From a virus (Duplodnaviria; Caudoviricetes), in IMG/VR virus record IMGVR_UViG_3300032243_001145, positions 51,320-115,319 of that record: 64,000 nucleotides of DNA. One strand, 5' to 3'. This document shows positions 29,923-39,597 of this stretch, piece after piece (the first letter of the stretch is position 1; each line of letters opens with the position of its first letter). Made by a program: the position numbers and the translations under genes. Under the pieces are notes generated by a model. It ran no database searches and was not told the origin of the DNA. It worked only from the letters and a program-made list of their open reading frames with translations.

Positions 29923-30619
29923 TATTTTTGTTTACCTTAAGCCTTATAGCCTTAACTTGATGCTTTCCTATAGAGTTGCCTAGATGATCTAATGCATCTC
30001 TATAAAAATTTGTCCACTTGCCAGTTCTGTTTATTTCATATACAAAATTTGCATATTCATTTGAATTAAAAGATTTTGGCGGCAAAGAACTAATTTCTTC
30101 AAAATTTATTTTTGAGTCTTGAAGATCTTCTAAATTAATAGGCAAAATAGAAAAAATTGGAGTGTTTGCTTTAATTGTTATTTCAATATTTGGCCTTGTA
30201 ATTCTTAATGCACAGGGAAGCTCTCCTCTAAAAAAAGAAGAGCTAATCAAAGTAGTAAATGGCTGAATTCCGTCTCTTAAATAATTTGGAACAGGCATAG
30301 TCAAAATGCTATAATTGCTTTCAGTTTTAAACATTATTCCTGTATTAAAGCTTACGGTTGAATTTCCTCTTTCTGCATAAGCATATTTTTCTCCTGCAAG
30401 TATTTTAACATGCTCAGCACTGGAATCTGAAATTCCATCCCATATAAATGTTATATCTTCTGGAAAAGATATGCCCCACCCAAGTTGATTTGTTAAACTT
30501 ATTGGAAAACATTTATAAGCATGTGCTTCCCAGGTTTCATCCATCCAATCTCTTTTAGCTGAAAGCTGTGATATGTCTGCATAACCTTCTCTTATTTGAT
30601 AAGCTTTAATTTCTGGCAT
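29915..30619 (-). CDS. DUF6065-like protein
   Basis: 'RDWMD...HAYKCFPISLTNQLGWGI'; start likely MPEIKA. Confidence 0.65.
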   Translation of the reverse strand: MPEIKAYQIREGYADISQLSAKRDWMDETWEAHAYKCFPISLTNQLGWGISFPEDITFIWDGISDSSAEHVKILAGEKYAYAERGNSTVSFNTGIMFKTESNYSILTMPVPNYLRDGIQPFTTLISSSFFRGELPCALRITRPNIEITIKANTPIFSILPINLEDLQDSKINFEEISSLPPKSFNSNEYANFVYEINRTGKWTNFYRDALDHLGNSIGKHQVKAIRLKVNKNNE

Positions 30620-31265
30620 TTCTTCTTTCAACCATACTTCTATATTCATCATTATGAGCATTATCATTATAGTCAAGCATTGTAACAATAGAATACTTTG
30701 TTCCTTCTTTGACAGGCATAGCTATATGAGAATAAATATATGTAGATGGAAAAATATAAAGATCTCCAGCTTTTGGCTTAACTGTAATATTTAATTTTGG
30801 AAACGCTAGTTCTCCTCCCAAATATTCTTCATTTGGATAAGCCACTAAAGAAACTGTTGAACTATAAGAAAACCCATGATCAGCATGTTCTTGAAAATGT
30901 TGTCCTGGACCATATGAAATAAAATTCATTACTTCCCAAAAATCCATCCTTACATTATGTGCAGCGCAATAATCTTCAGCTGCTGGGCCCTGTACTTTTT
31001 TTGCCAACTTCCATATTTCATTTAATTCATAATCATATTCATTTTGAGGATATTCTATGGGGCCTAATTTTATATCTTTGCAATCTCTATAGTCTAATTT
31101 TTTTTCATTGTATCCAACAGTAGCATCTCTCCATGAATAGCCACCATTGCTTTTGTCAATTAAATTAACTAGGCGTTCCATTAAATTTAGTTCTGGTTTT
31201 ACAACATCTCTATACACCCAAAGTCCTGGAAATATTATTTCTTTTGTAGTCCACGTTTGTTCCAT
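30606..31265 (-). CDS. Fe(II)/2OG dioxygenase (P4H-like)
   Basis: HAD...YPNEEYLGGE...H...KY. Confidence 0.88.
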   Translation of the reverse strand: MEQTWTTKEIIFPGLWVYRDVVKPELNLMERLVNLIDKSNGGYSWRDATVGYNEKKLDYRDCKDIKLGPIEYPQNEYDYELNEIWKLAKKVQGPAAEDYCAAHNVRMDFWEVMNFISYGPGQHFQEHADHGFSYSSTVSLVAYPNEEYLGGELAFPKLNITVKPKAGDLYIFPSTYIYSHIAMPVKEGTKYSIVTMLDYNDNAHNDEYRSMVERRNARN

Positions 31266-31279
31266 TTTTTCTCTTTCTC

Positions 31280-31858
31280 TTATTTATATTCTAGCATATC
31301 ATTTGGCAATATGTCAATAATTATATGTACTCTATCAAAATCAGTTGGGTTAGAAACAGAATGAAGCATTTGATTGTTTATTTCGTACCATCCGCCTTCT
31401 TCCATATGTATAGTATTGTCCATTACAGTAAAAGTTATTAATTTTTTTGTAATTATAGGAATATGTACTCTTCTTGAATAATGAAGTAGGGCTCCACCAT
31501 CAACGTGTTTTCTTATATAAGATTTAGATTTTAATTTAACAAACTCACATCTTATTATTTTGCCAGAATAATAGTTTTCTAAATCATTAAAAATTTTTTT
31601 AAGTTCTTTATTTGATAATTCATTTTTAAGAGAATTAACATAATTAGTTTTAATTGGATCACCAACAGCCCATTCATAATCTGTTTCACAAATTCTAAAC
31701 ATTTCCGTGTCTGTGTGCGTGTATCCTTTTTTTTGTCTACTTTGATCTAAAAGCCATTCTTCAGAAAATTTTTCAATTTCATTTTTTATTTCTTTGACTT
31801 CAAATTCTCCTAATTTTAAAATTGACCATTCAGTATTCTTTTTTAATCTTTTGTACAT
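31280..31858 (-). CDS. Aspartyl/asparaginyl beta-hydroxylase-like oxygenase
   Basis: 'HVD...RVHIPIIT...HSVSN...RVHIIID'. Confidence 0.8.
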   Translation of the reverse strand: MYKRLKKNTEWSILKLGEFEVKEIKNEIEKFSEEWLLDQSRQKKGYTHTDTEMFRICETDYEWAVGDPIKTNYVNSLKNELSNKELKKIFNDLENYYSGKIIRCEFVKLKSKSYIRKHVDGGALLHYSRRVHIPIITKKLITFTVMDNTIHMEEGGWYEINNQMLHSVSNPTDFDRVHIIIDILPNDMLEYK

Positions 31859-32537
31859 AATCGTACATCTCCATATCTAATGAATTTAACTCTTTGATTT
31901 TGTCTATGTGTTTTTTATTAAATTTAATTCCTACATCATAAGAAGAATTTGCTTTATCCGAATGCTTAAACGTCATAAAACCAAACTCTTTTAATAAACT
32001 TTTATTTAAATCTATTTTAAATTGATCAAGCTCATCTAACGTATAAGCTTTCATTTTTTTAATATTTAAAATTACATCTTTTATATTTAATTTATATTCT
32101 TCTAAATACCAAGCACTATTTACTGTATTTTGAAATTGTAAGACATCTTCATTAAATTTTTCTATATTTAATTTACCAGTTAAAAATTTTGATTGTAAAT
32201 TAGATTGCATTGTAGACTCTTCTCCATAAAGCCATCTATCTAATTTTTCTTCAGCTTCTTTTCCTGTTCTTTTTGGCCCTGTTGTATATTTAAAGTAGCT
32301 TATAAATCTTTCTACTGGGTCCCTAACTATTGTAAAAATTTCTGGGTTTTCCATATATTCTAATGGCATCAATCCAAAATGACCACCTACAAATTTACTT
32401 TTTTTAATTTTTTCTGTGTCTATTTTAGTTCTATTTGATATAAAATGTTCTACCCCATTTGATATCAAATGGGGTATTACATTATTTTTTATGTATATGC
32501 CAGATGTTCTTGGAATATGCAAATGATATATTGACAC
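31830..32537 (-). CDS. Sulfotransferase-family protein
   Basis: 'HLHIPRTSG' 5'-PSB-like loop and 'RDPVERFISYF' 3'-PB-like motif. Confidence 0.75.
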   Translation of the reverse strand: MSIYHLHIPRTSGIYIKNNVIPHLISNGVEHFISNRTKIDTEKIKKSKFVGGHFGLMPLEYMENPEIFTIVRDPVERFISYFKYTTGPKRTGKEAEEKLDRWLYGEESTMQSNLQSKFLTGKLNIEKFNEDVLQFQNTVNSAWYLEEYKLNIKDVILNIKKMKAYTLDELDQFKIDLNKSLLKEFGFMTFKHSDKANSSYDVGIKFNKKHIDKIKELNSLDMEMYDYVQKIKKEY

Positions 32538-33871
32538 TAAAACCCTTTACGGTTGTGTACTATCAGGTCTCCTGCAATTAAAATATCGTTTGGAGAAGCA
32601 TCAAATTCATAAACGGTTCTTTCTTCATTTATAATTTTTGTTGATTCTACCATTACCTCTTCAAAAATATTTTCATTATTTTTTACAAATATAGAATCTC
32701 CTGGTTCAATAATTCCTGTTGTACTAAAGAAATATGTGCCTTTCTTTTTTGTAAGAATGGTTTGTTCTAGTGAGAATCTCTTAGAGTAATCATCATTAAT
32801 AATCATGGTTGCATCTTTTATAGAAGATTTTATTGTTTTAATTTCAGATTTTACTAAATGAATATTATTAATTGATTCTGATGACCATGTGTATGGATCT
32901 ATTGCAAACTCGTCCATCTGACCATCCCATGTAGCTGACCATATTTGATCTCCGATTTGCATTTCTTTTGCTTTTTTAAATCCTATCAGATCTCCTGGTG
33001 TAACTACCATTATTAGTGTGTCTTCATCAATACACCAGAAGCTTGGTGGTGAGAAGAAGCTTGGTGGTGAGAAGAAGGTTGGTGGTGAAAAGAATCCTGG
33101 TGGTGAAAAGAATGTTGGTGGGAAGAACGGTGGTGAGAAGAAGCTTGGTGGTGAGAAGAAGCTTGGTGGGAAGAACGGTGGTGAGAAGAAGCTTGGTGGT
33201 GAGAAGAAGCTTGGTGGGAAGAACGGTGGTGAGAAGAAGCTTGGTGGGAAGAACGGTGGGAAAAACGGTGGGAAGAACGGTGCAAGTGTTGTAACCTGAT
33301 TAGAGCCAGCAGACTCTAATGAAACCCCATTTGCATTTGTAGCTTTCACATAATATGTTTGCGATGTATTAGCAGTTTCAGCAACAGTATATGATGTTGA
33401 TCCTGTTGAATATGTTGGGCCATCGCTTGATCTTAGTGTGTAAGTTGTTATTCCCTTTCCGCCATCTGCAGGAGCAGACCAAGAAACATAGTCTTGATTT
33501 ACCTGGGCTGTTGCAGATGGAGCGGAAGGGGTTGCTGGAACTGTAGTTGATGTTATAGCAGTAGATGCTGAAGAATCAGGTGATGTTCCATAAGAATTTG
33601 TTGCTGTTATTGTAAATGTATAAGAAGTGGCAGAAGCCAATCCTTCTACTACTATAGGGGATGAGCTTCCTGTTGCTGTTTGACCACCAGAAGAAGTGAC
33701 TGTAAATGATGTTGCTGGATAAGTTCCGTCTGGAGTAAATGATACAGTAGCTGCACCATTATTGTATGCCCGATTTGTTCCTATATCTGTTGCAGATACA
33801 TTTGTTGGAGCAAATGGAGCTAGGAAATTATCCTGTCCTGATGATTTAATACCAAATTTTTTGTTAGCCAT
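32537..33871 (-). CDS. FN3-domain protein with Pro/Phe/Ser repeat and C-terminal Hint domain
   Basis: Two FN3-like repeats, then ~80 aa of FFPP/SFFSPP repeats, then W|CIDEDT...LIVHN-RKGF Hint signature. Confidence 0.85.
   Translation of the reverse strand: MANKKFGIKSSGQDNFLAPFAPTNVSATDIGTNRAYNNGAATVSFTPDGTYPATSFTVTSSGGQTATGSSSPIVVEGLASATSYTFTITATNSYGTSPDSSASTAITSTTVPATPSAPSATAQVNQDYVSWSAPADGGKGITTYTLRSSDGPTYSTGSTSYTVAETANTSQTYYVKATNANGVSLESAGSNQVTTLAPFFPPFFPPFFPPSFFSPPFFPPSFFSPPSFFSPPFFPPSFFSPPSFFSPPFFPPTFFSPPGFFSPPTFFSPPSFFSPPSFWCIDEDTLIMVVTPGDLIGFKKAKEMQIGDQIWSATWDGQMDEFAIDPYTWSSESINNIHLVKSEIKTIKSSIKDATMIINDDYSKRFSLEQTILTKKKGTYFFSTTGIIEPGDSIFVKNNENIFEEVMVESTKIINEERTVYEFDASPNDILIAGDLIVHNRKGF
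33041..33283 (-). repeat. Coding tandem repeat (12/18-nt units encoding FFPP and SFFSPP)
   Basis: Repeated gagaagaagcttggtggt and gggaagaacggt units on the plus strand. Confidence 0.95.
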
Positions 33872-33897
33872 TTTTTTCCCCTATTTCTTTTATTTTA

Positions 33898-36540
33898 TTA
33901 AGCTGTTAGGTCTCCAAGAAGTACCCATGTATTTGCTGCTCTTTTTACAAGAGTTGCAGATGACCATTGTGCACGAAGCTTGTTTCCTGGTGTGTAATTT
34001 AATGTTACGCCAGCTGCAGGTGACACTGTTAATGCTCCAGCTCCTACTCTCAGAATATCCAAAGATGTTCCTACTGGATAGTTTGTTGATGAATCTGCTG
34101 GAATTGTTAATGTTGTAGCTCCTGCTGCATTTATTTCAATTAATGAATCACGTTCTGAAAGATTTGAAAGAGTATAGTCTGTTGTTTTTGAAATAATTGT
34201 TGTTCGTGATGGAACACCTTCTTTTGTTTGTGTTCCGTCTGTAAATGCTACACCTGAAGCAGAAGCGGTAATTAGTGCTGTTGCTGTAATTGCTGGGGCT
34301 GTAACTGTACCAGTAAATGTTGGTGAGGCAAGCGGAGCTTTAGTTGCAATTGAGTTTGTAATTGTTGTTGAGAATGATGCGTCATTTCCAAGAGCAGTTG
34401 CAAGTTCATTAAGAGTATCAAGTGCTGCTGGTGCTGATGCTACAAGTGCTGAAACTGCTGTTCCTACAAATGCTGTAGTTGCAACTTGTGTTGTAGATGT
34501 TCCAGCTGCTGCAGTTGGTGCAGTAGGCACACCAGTAAGTGCTGGTGAAGCAAGAGGAGCCTTGAGATCAAGAGCTGCTTGTGCTGCAGTTGAAATTGGC
34601 TTAGCTGAATCTGCTGTATTATCAGCATTTCCAAGCCCTACCATTGTCTTTGTAATACCAGATACTGTACCAGTAAATGTTGGTGAGGCAAGTGGTGCCT
34701 TTAATGCAAGACCTGAGTTAACAGTTGCAGTTAAAGCAAGAGCTGAAGTGTCTGCAATTCCATGTACATTTGTTGTACCTGAAGTATGTGTTGTAAGGGA
34801 TGCAGATGATGCTTTTGTATTAATTTGTGTTTGAAGGTTGTCTGCGTTTGTATTAATTGCAGTGACATTAGATTTAATTGTATCTATATCAGATGTATGT
34901 GTTGCTATATTTGTTGTAGCTGTACCAACTGAAGTATTTATAGTATTAATTTGTGTTTGTATTGAAGATGTTACTCCATCTAGTGTAGCAATTTCTAACT
35001 GAGAAACACCACCAATGGAAGTTGTACTTGGTAAAACAACTGTTCCCGTAAATGTTGGGTTAGCAATTGGCGCTTTTGTAGATCCAAGAGCTGTTGCGTC
35101 TGCTTGTAAAGTTGTTATATTTGAAGAATTTGTTGAAAGAGTTGAATTTATTGCAGAAAGGTCTGATACAAGACTTGCAATTTTGCTTTGTGCAATTGCT
35201 GCTGATGCATTAATATCTGCGTTAAGAATTGTTCCATCTGCAATCATTGAAGAAGTAATTGTTCCTGTAGGAAGAGTTACTGTTCCAGTAAATGTTGGGG
35301 AAATTTTTGCAGCGTATGTTGATTGTGCATCAGATATGCTAAGCTTTGAATCTAATTGTGTTTGAATTGGGCTTGTAACACCATGAACTCTTTGTATTTC
35401 AGCATTAGTTGTATCACCAATTTTTGCTGCATCTGCAAACAATCCTCCAACTTCAAGAGCATCTTTTGTATATGTTGTAAAATCAACAACCGTGGTAGGC
35501 TCTGCTGTTACTCCAGAGAATAGTTTCCATATGCCATCTGAAGCATCTCTTACAATACCTGAGTGCTGATATGTTCCATTATTAAATGCTGCTACAACAC
35601 CAAGGTCTAAAGCATTTGATTGATTGTTATCGCCAATGTAGATCATTGGGTCATCAATTGAAACATTTGTTGAATTTACAGTTGTAGTTGTTCCATTAAC
35701 TGTTAAGTTTCCAGAAATTGTTATATTTTGTGTATTAACATCTGTTGCTGAGACTGTTTGAACCTCAACTAATGGAGCAGTAAATTTTGTTGATGCATTA
35801 ATTACTGCAGGAAGTGAAAGTGTTATTCCTGTTCCACTTGAATCATTTGTTTTAACAATTCCTGAACCTGCTGTTATATTTTCAGATAATGTAAATGTAT
35901 TTGCAGAATCGTTGTAAGTTGTGGATATTCCACGTCCAGCAACAATTGTAGAAGCAAGTACGTCTTCAACTCTTTCATCAATATTTAGCTGTGCTGTTGG
36001 AACAAATCCTGAGCTGTCTAGTGATGCAACTCCATTAGCAACTCCACGATCTGAAACAGGTATGTAGTCTGTGTCAACTGTATTTGCAAGTCCTGAAATT
36101 TGATTATCTACATATGTTTTATTTGCAATTACAGATGTATCAACAGCAACTGTTAGTGTATTTGCTGCATCATCATATACTTTAGTAATACCTGTTCCAG
36201 CTGTTAAGGCTGAGTTAACTGCATCTTGTGCTAGTTCGTTGAAATATGAAGCATCTACTGCAATGGTAATTGTATTTGCACCATCGTTATATGTCTTTGT
36301 AAGACCACTACCCATTGTAAGGGCTGAATTAATTGCGTCTTGGGATATTTCACCAATCGCTACGTCTGAATTATTTGCATATGCAAGGGCAGTCCATGTA
36401 GAAGAACCATTACCGAATTTAAATAGGTTAGTGTCTGACTCTACACCCATTTCTCCTGCTGCCAAAATTGGATTTACTGAGGTCCACTGTGAAGCTGTTC
36501 CTCTTCTTACTTGAATTCTTACTGTTGACATATTTGCCAC
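33898..36540 (-). CDS. Tail fibre-like protein with Mtd N-terminal-type domain
   Basis: 'IQVRRGTASQWTSVNPILAAGEMGVESDT' N-terminus; APLASPTFTG repeats; LDTLNELA motif. Confidence 0.75.
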   Translation of the reverse strand: MANMSTVRIQVRRGTASQWTSVNPILAAGEMGVESDTNLFKFGNGSSTWTALAYANNSDVAIGEISQDAINSALTMGSGLTKTYNDGANTITIAVDASYFNELAQDAVNSALTAGTGITKVYDDAANTLTVAVDTSVIANKTYVDNQISGLANTVDTDYIPVSDRGVANGVASLDSSGFVPTAQLNIDERVEDVLASTIVAGRGISTTYNDSANTFTLSENITAGSGIVKTNDSSGTGITLSLPAVINASTKFTAPLVEVQTVSATDVNTQNITISGNLTVNGTTTTVNSTNVSIDDPMIYIGDNNQSNALDLGVVAAFNNGTYQHSGIVRDASDGIWKLFSGVTAEPTTVVDFTTYTKDALEVGGLFADAAKIGDTTNAEIQRVHGVTSPIQTQLDSKLSISDAQSTYAAKISPTFTGTVTLPTGTITSSMIADGTILNADINASAAIAQSKIASLVSDLSAINSTLSTNSSNITTLQADATALGSTKAPIANPTFTGTVVLPSTTSIGGVSQLEIATLDGVTSSIQTQINTINTSVGTATTNIATHTSDIDTIKSNVTAINTNADNLQTQINTKASSASLTTHTSGTTNVHGIADTSALALTATVNSGLALKAPLASPTFTGTVSGITKTMVGLGNADNTADSAKPISTAAQAALDLKAPLASPALTGVPTAPTAAAGTSTTQVATTAFVGTAVSALVASAPAALDTLNELATALGNDASFSTTITNSIATKAPLASPTFTGTVTAPAITATALITASASGVAFTDGTQTKEGVPSRTTIISKTTDYTLSNLSERDSLIEINAAGATTLTIPADSSTNYPVGTSLDILRVGAGALTVSPAAGVTLNYTPGNKLRAQWSSATLVKRAANTWVLLGDLTA

Positions 36541-36592
36541 CCCTTATTTAGACTTATTTGGTAATTATAGCATCACAATAATTCCAAAACAA

Positions 36593-36964
36593 TTAGTTAA
36601 TTATTCCAGAATCAAATGTCATGCTATATGTATCTGTTGAGTAATCTCCACCATCCGCAAATTTTGTGGCTGTTGTATTTACTCCATTTGCATAAACTGT
36701 ATAGATTGGCTGACCATTATAATCTATAGCCAATCCAATATCCATAAATGTTAAAGCACTTGTATCTTCTGCCGCATCAGTAAGAAGGGCAATTTCCTTC
36801 CAAACACCATTAATCTGAATTTTTAATCTTCCAGTTGATGAGTCGAAGGCAAGGGGGGTTGAATTTAAGACTAAGTTGTCTACATTTACTGCTGCATCAA
36901 ATGTTGCAGGTCCTGCTACGTTAAGGCCATTTTTAACCTTGAAGTTTTTATTTACTATTGCCAT
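36593..36964 (-). CDS. Small fibre-associated protein
   Basis: Shares the N-terminus MAIVNKNF(K/R)VKNGL with the adjacent gene. Confidence 0.6.
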   Translation of the reverse strand: MAIVNKNFKVKNGLNVAGPATFDAAVNVDNLVLNSTPLAFDSSTGRLKIQINGVWKEIALLTDAAEDTSALTFMDIGLAIDYNGQPIYTVYANGVNTTATKFADGGDYSTDTYSMTFDSGIIN

Positions 36965-37028
36965 TTAAGTTCACATATCCCCTAATTGTTTTAATGGGGT
37001 TTTGGAAGGACCCCATACCTTTTATTAA

Positions 37029-38570
37029 TTATTTAATTAGTGTTGCATAAACCATTACATCTGTTGATGCGTAGGTTGTTGTTACTGATATCGAAACGCT
37101 ACCTGAAGCATATGCTGCTGATATTGTTCCTAGGTCGGTTCCAGTTGTAATTGAACCAAATTCTGTTATTGCTACGTTATTGCTTGTATCAAGTGTTAAG
37201 AGAACTTCAGAAACCTGAGTGTTTACTCCATTTTTAAACTTAACAAGTGCCTTTGCTGTACGGTAGTCAGATCCTGACCATGTTAGAGCATTTACAGTTC
37301 CAGCTGAAGAAACTGTTGTGGTTGCTGCCCGTACTGCTGCTACATCATTTACATTAACTACTGTAAATGGTGTTGTGCCATTTAATTGAGCAGCATTTGC
37401 TGCTGCTTGTGTGGCGCTAGCTGAAGCAATTGCCTCAGATTTAGCAGTTGCAATTGCTGAGTTACGGTCTGTAACTTCACCTGAAATTGCTGTTGAAATT
37501 GCTGAATTACGAGCCGTAGCTTCTGCTGCAACTTTAGATGTGGCGTCTGCTGCTGCTGTAGCCTCTGCTGCTGCTTTGGCATCGTTGGCTTTAGTTGTAG
37601 CATCTGTTGCTGCTGCAGACTGTGCTGCATTAGCCTTTGTAGTTGCATCTGCTGCTGCAGTTGTAACTGCTGATGCAATGTCTGTTGCAACTTGTGTAGA
37701 ATTAGCTTTTGTTGCTAATGCTGTTGTAATAGTTGTTGTGTAATTAGCATCATCATTAATTGCTGCTGCTAATTCATTTAAAGTATCTAATAACGCTGGT
37801 GCGCCATCTACAACTGCTGAAACTGCTGTTGAAATTGCTGTGTTACGATTTGAAACTTCTGTTGAGATTGCTGCGGTAAGTGCTGCTGCTGCAGTTGCTT
37901 CCGCTGCTGACCTTGCTGCATTAGCCTTTGTAGTTGCATCTGCTGCTGCAGTTGCTTCTGCTGCTGACCTTGCTGCATTAGCTTTTGTAGTTGCATCAGT
38001 GGCTGCTGCTGACTGTGCTGCATTAGCCTTTGTAGTTGCATCTGCTGCTGCAGTTGCTTCTGCTGCTGTTTTAGCAGTTGCAATTGCAGTGTTTCTGTCA
38101 GAAACTTCTGTAGCAATTGCTGATGCAATTGCTGAGTTACGAGCAGTTGCTTCAGCGGCTACTTTTGATGTAGCATCTGTTGCTGCATTTGCCTGTGCGC
38201 TTGATGCTGCACCTGCTGCATCGTATGCTGCTGCTGTTGCAGCTAATGCACGAGCATTTGTGAAATATAGATTTGATCCTTCTGCAAGATCGGCAGTATT
38301 ATGGTTTGAAAGGCTTGAAACTGTTCCTGTTACGTTACCAGTTAAGTTACCAACAATGTTTGCTGTAATTGTGCCTGCTGCAAAGTTTCCTGAGCCGTCA
38401 CGCTTTACTACAGTATTAGGAGTATTGGCTGTGTCCGCTGATCCGCCAACTGTGCTGATGATGAAGGCTGTTGATGCCTCTGTTAATACGTTATAGCCAT
38501 TTACCGTTGCGACGGAACCGTCGACGATAAGACCATTTTTTACTCTAAAGTTCTTATTTACTATTGCCAT
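37029..38570 (-). CDS. Ala-rich coiled-coil fibre protein
   Basis: AAADATTKANAA repeats; LDTLNELA motif; AGGAG RBS. Confidence 0.7.
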   Translation of the reverse strand: MAIVNKNFRVKNGLIVDGSVATVNGYNVLTEASTAFIISTVGGSADTANTPNTVVKRDGSGNFAAGTITANIVGNLTGNVTGTVSSLSNHNTADLAEGSNLYFTNARALAATAAAYDAAGAASSAQANAATDATSKVAAEATARNSAIASAIATEVSDRNTAIATAKTAAEATAAADATTKANAAQSAAATDATTKANAARSAAEATAAADATTKANAARSAAEATAAAALTAAISTEVSNRNTAISTAVSAVVDGAPALLDTLNELAAAINDDANYTTTITTALATKANSTQVATDIASAVTTAAADATTKANAAQSAAATDATTKANDAKAAAEATAAADATSKVAAEATARNSAISTAISGEVTDRNSAIATAKSEAIASASATQAAANAAQLNGTTPFTVVNVNDVAAVRAATTTVSSAGTVNALTWSGSDYRTAKALVKFKNGVNTQVSEVLLTLDTSNNVAITEFGSITTGTDLGTISAAYASGSVSISVTTTYASTDVMVYATLIK

Positions 38571-38593
38571 AATTTATGACTCCTCTTACTGCT

Positions 38594-39148
38594 TTATTTT
38601 AACGCTGTTCTAAAATATCTTACAGTTACTTCTCCTGATACTGGGGTTACTGTTAGATTAATTATACCATTCACGGATTCAAAAGCCGTGGTTGCAATTG
38701 CTGTATTTGCATTTGTTACTATGTTAGATTCTGAAACATAAATATCAGAAGATCCTCTTAGTGCTGTTAGATTAGAAAAATATGACTCACCAGTTGATGT
38801 TTTTACAATTTGCAACGCATATGATGCCGTCCGATAATCTGCTGAGGCGTATGAGTCTATAGTTGTTTTGTTTTGAATTCCTGCGATTGTTAGATCGTTA
38901 TTTCCTTCTAGACCCATCAAAGTTTCAATATTTGTTGAAGTGTTAGAAAGATTTGTAACTGATGCTGAAAGCTGATTGACCTTGTAAGTCAAAGAATCTG
39001 AATCTGAAGAGTTTGTTACACCCACTACATTTTCTAATGCTTCAATTGCGTCATTTGCGTTAGCATGTTGTGCTGCATGTCCAGATAACTCATCCGTAGA
39101 TGCTGGATTTGTGAGATTGTCTTTGCTTACTGGAAAGCTTGTTGCCAT
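38594..39148 (-). CDS. Fibre-associated virion protein
   Basis: 'HAAQHANANDAIEALE'; C-terminal domain similar to that of 37029-38570. Confidence 0.55.
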   Translation of the reverse strand: MATSFPVSKDNLTNPASTDELSGHAAQHANANDAIEALENVVGVTNSSDSDSLTYKVNQLSASVTNLSNTSTNIETLMGLEGNNDLTIAGIQNKTTIDSYASADYRTASYALQIVKTSTGESYFSNLTALRGSSDIYVSESNIVTNANTAIATTAFESVNGIINLTVTPVSGEVTVRYFRTALK

Positions 39149-39202
39149 GTTTCCTCCTGGCGGTGTTGCATAAACTAATTATACCTTAAATATAATTATA
39201 AT

Positions 39203-39403
39203 TTAAGCAAGGACCGCTAAAATTTGACTTTGCTTTTCTGCAATTGATGCTGTTAATGCTGCAACAATTTCTGCATTTGGAGATGTTTTTGCGTTTTCTG
39301 CAATCTTCTCTACTTCAAAAGAATACATCTGATATTCTAATGAACGTACTGCTGATTGTTTTACTGCCGCTTTTTCATCTTCTGTTAAGTGTGCGTATGT
39401 CAT
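39203..39403 (-). CDS. Small hypothetical protein (possible fibre chaperone)
   Basis: 66-aa ORF with AAGGAG RBS. Confidence 0.55.
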   Translation of the reverse strand: MTYAHLTEDEKAAVKQSAVRSLEYQMYSFEVEKIAENAKTSPNAEIVAALTASIAEKQSQILAVLA

Positions 39404-39413
39404 TTTGTTCTCC

Positions 39414-39596
39414 TTATAGTTCAGCTAAAAGCTGACTGTATGTATTTCTTTCAGATATATGATTATCTAAAATTGATTGATTTGAAGGTTTGCCTTCTGG
39501 GGCTTCTTCTTTAAACGGCTCAATTTCAGAAATTAAAAAGTTTAATCTCTCTATTTTACCATTTAAAATTTCTATTTTCTTATCTATATTTAACAT
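39414..39596 (-). CDS. Small hypothetical protein
   Basis: 60-aa ORF in operon context. Confidence 0.5.
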   Translation of the reverse strand: MLNIDKKIEILNGKIERLNFLISEIEPFKEEAPEGKPSNQSILDNHISERNTYSQLLAEL

Positions 39597-39597
39597 T

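Noticed and set aside
32552-33034. Canonical splicing intein / mobile element
   Set aside because: No +1 nucleophile, only a 4-aa C-extein and no homing endonuclease; treated as a Hint autoprocessing domain.
33013-33299. Alternative-frame ORFs over the repeat (His/Ser-rich, GGEKK-rich, VVRRSL-rich)
   Set aside because: By-products of a stop-free tandem repeat; the PPFF frame is continuous with the FN3 and Hint domains.
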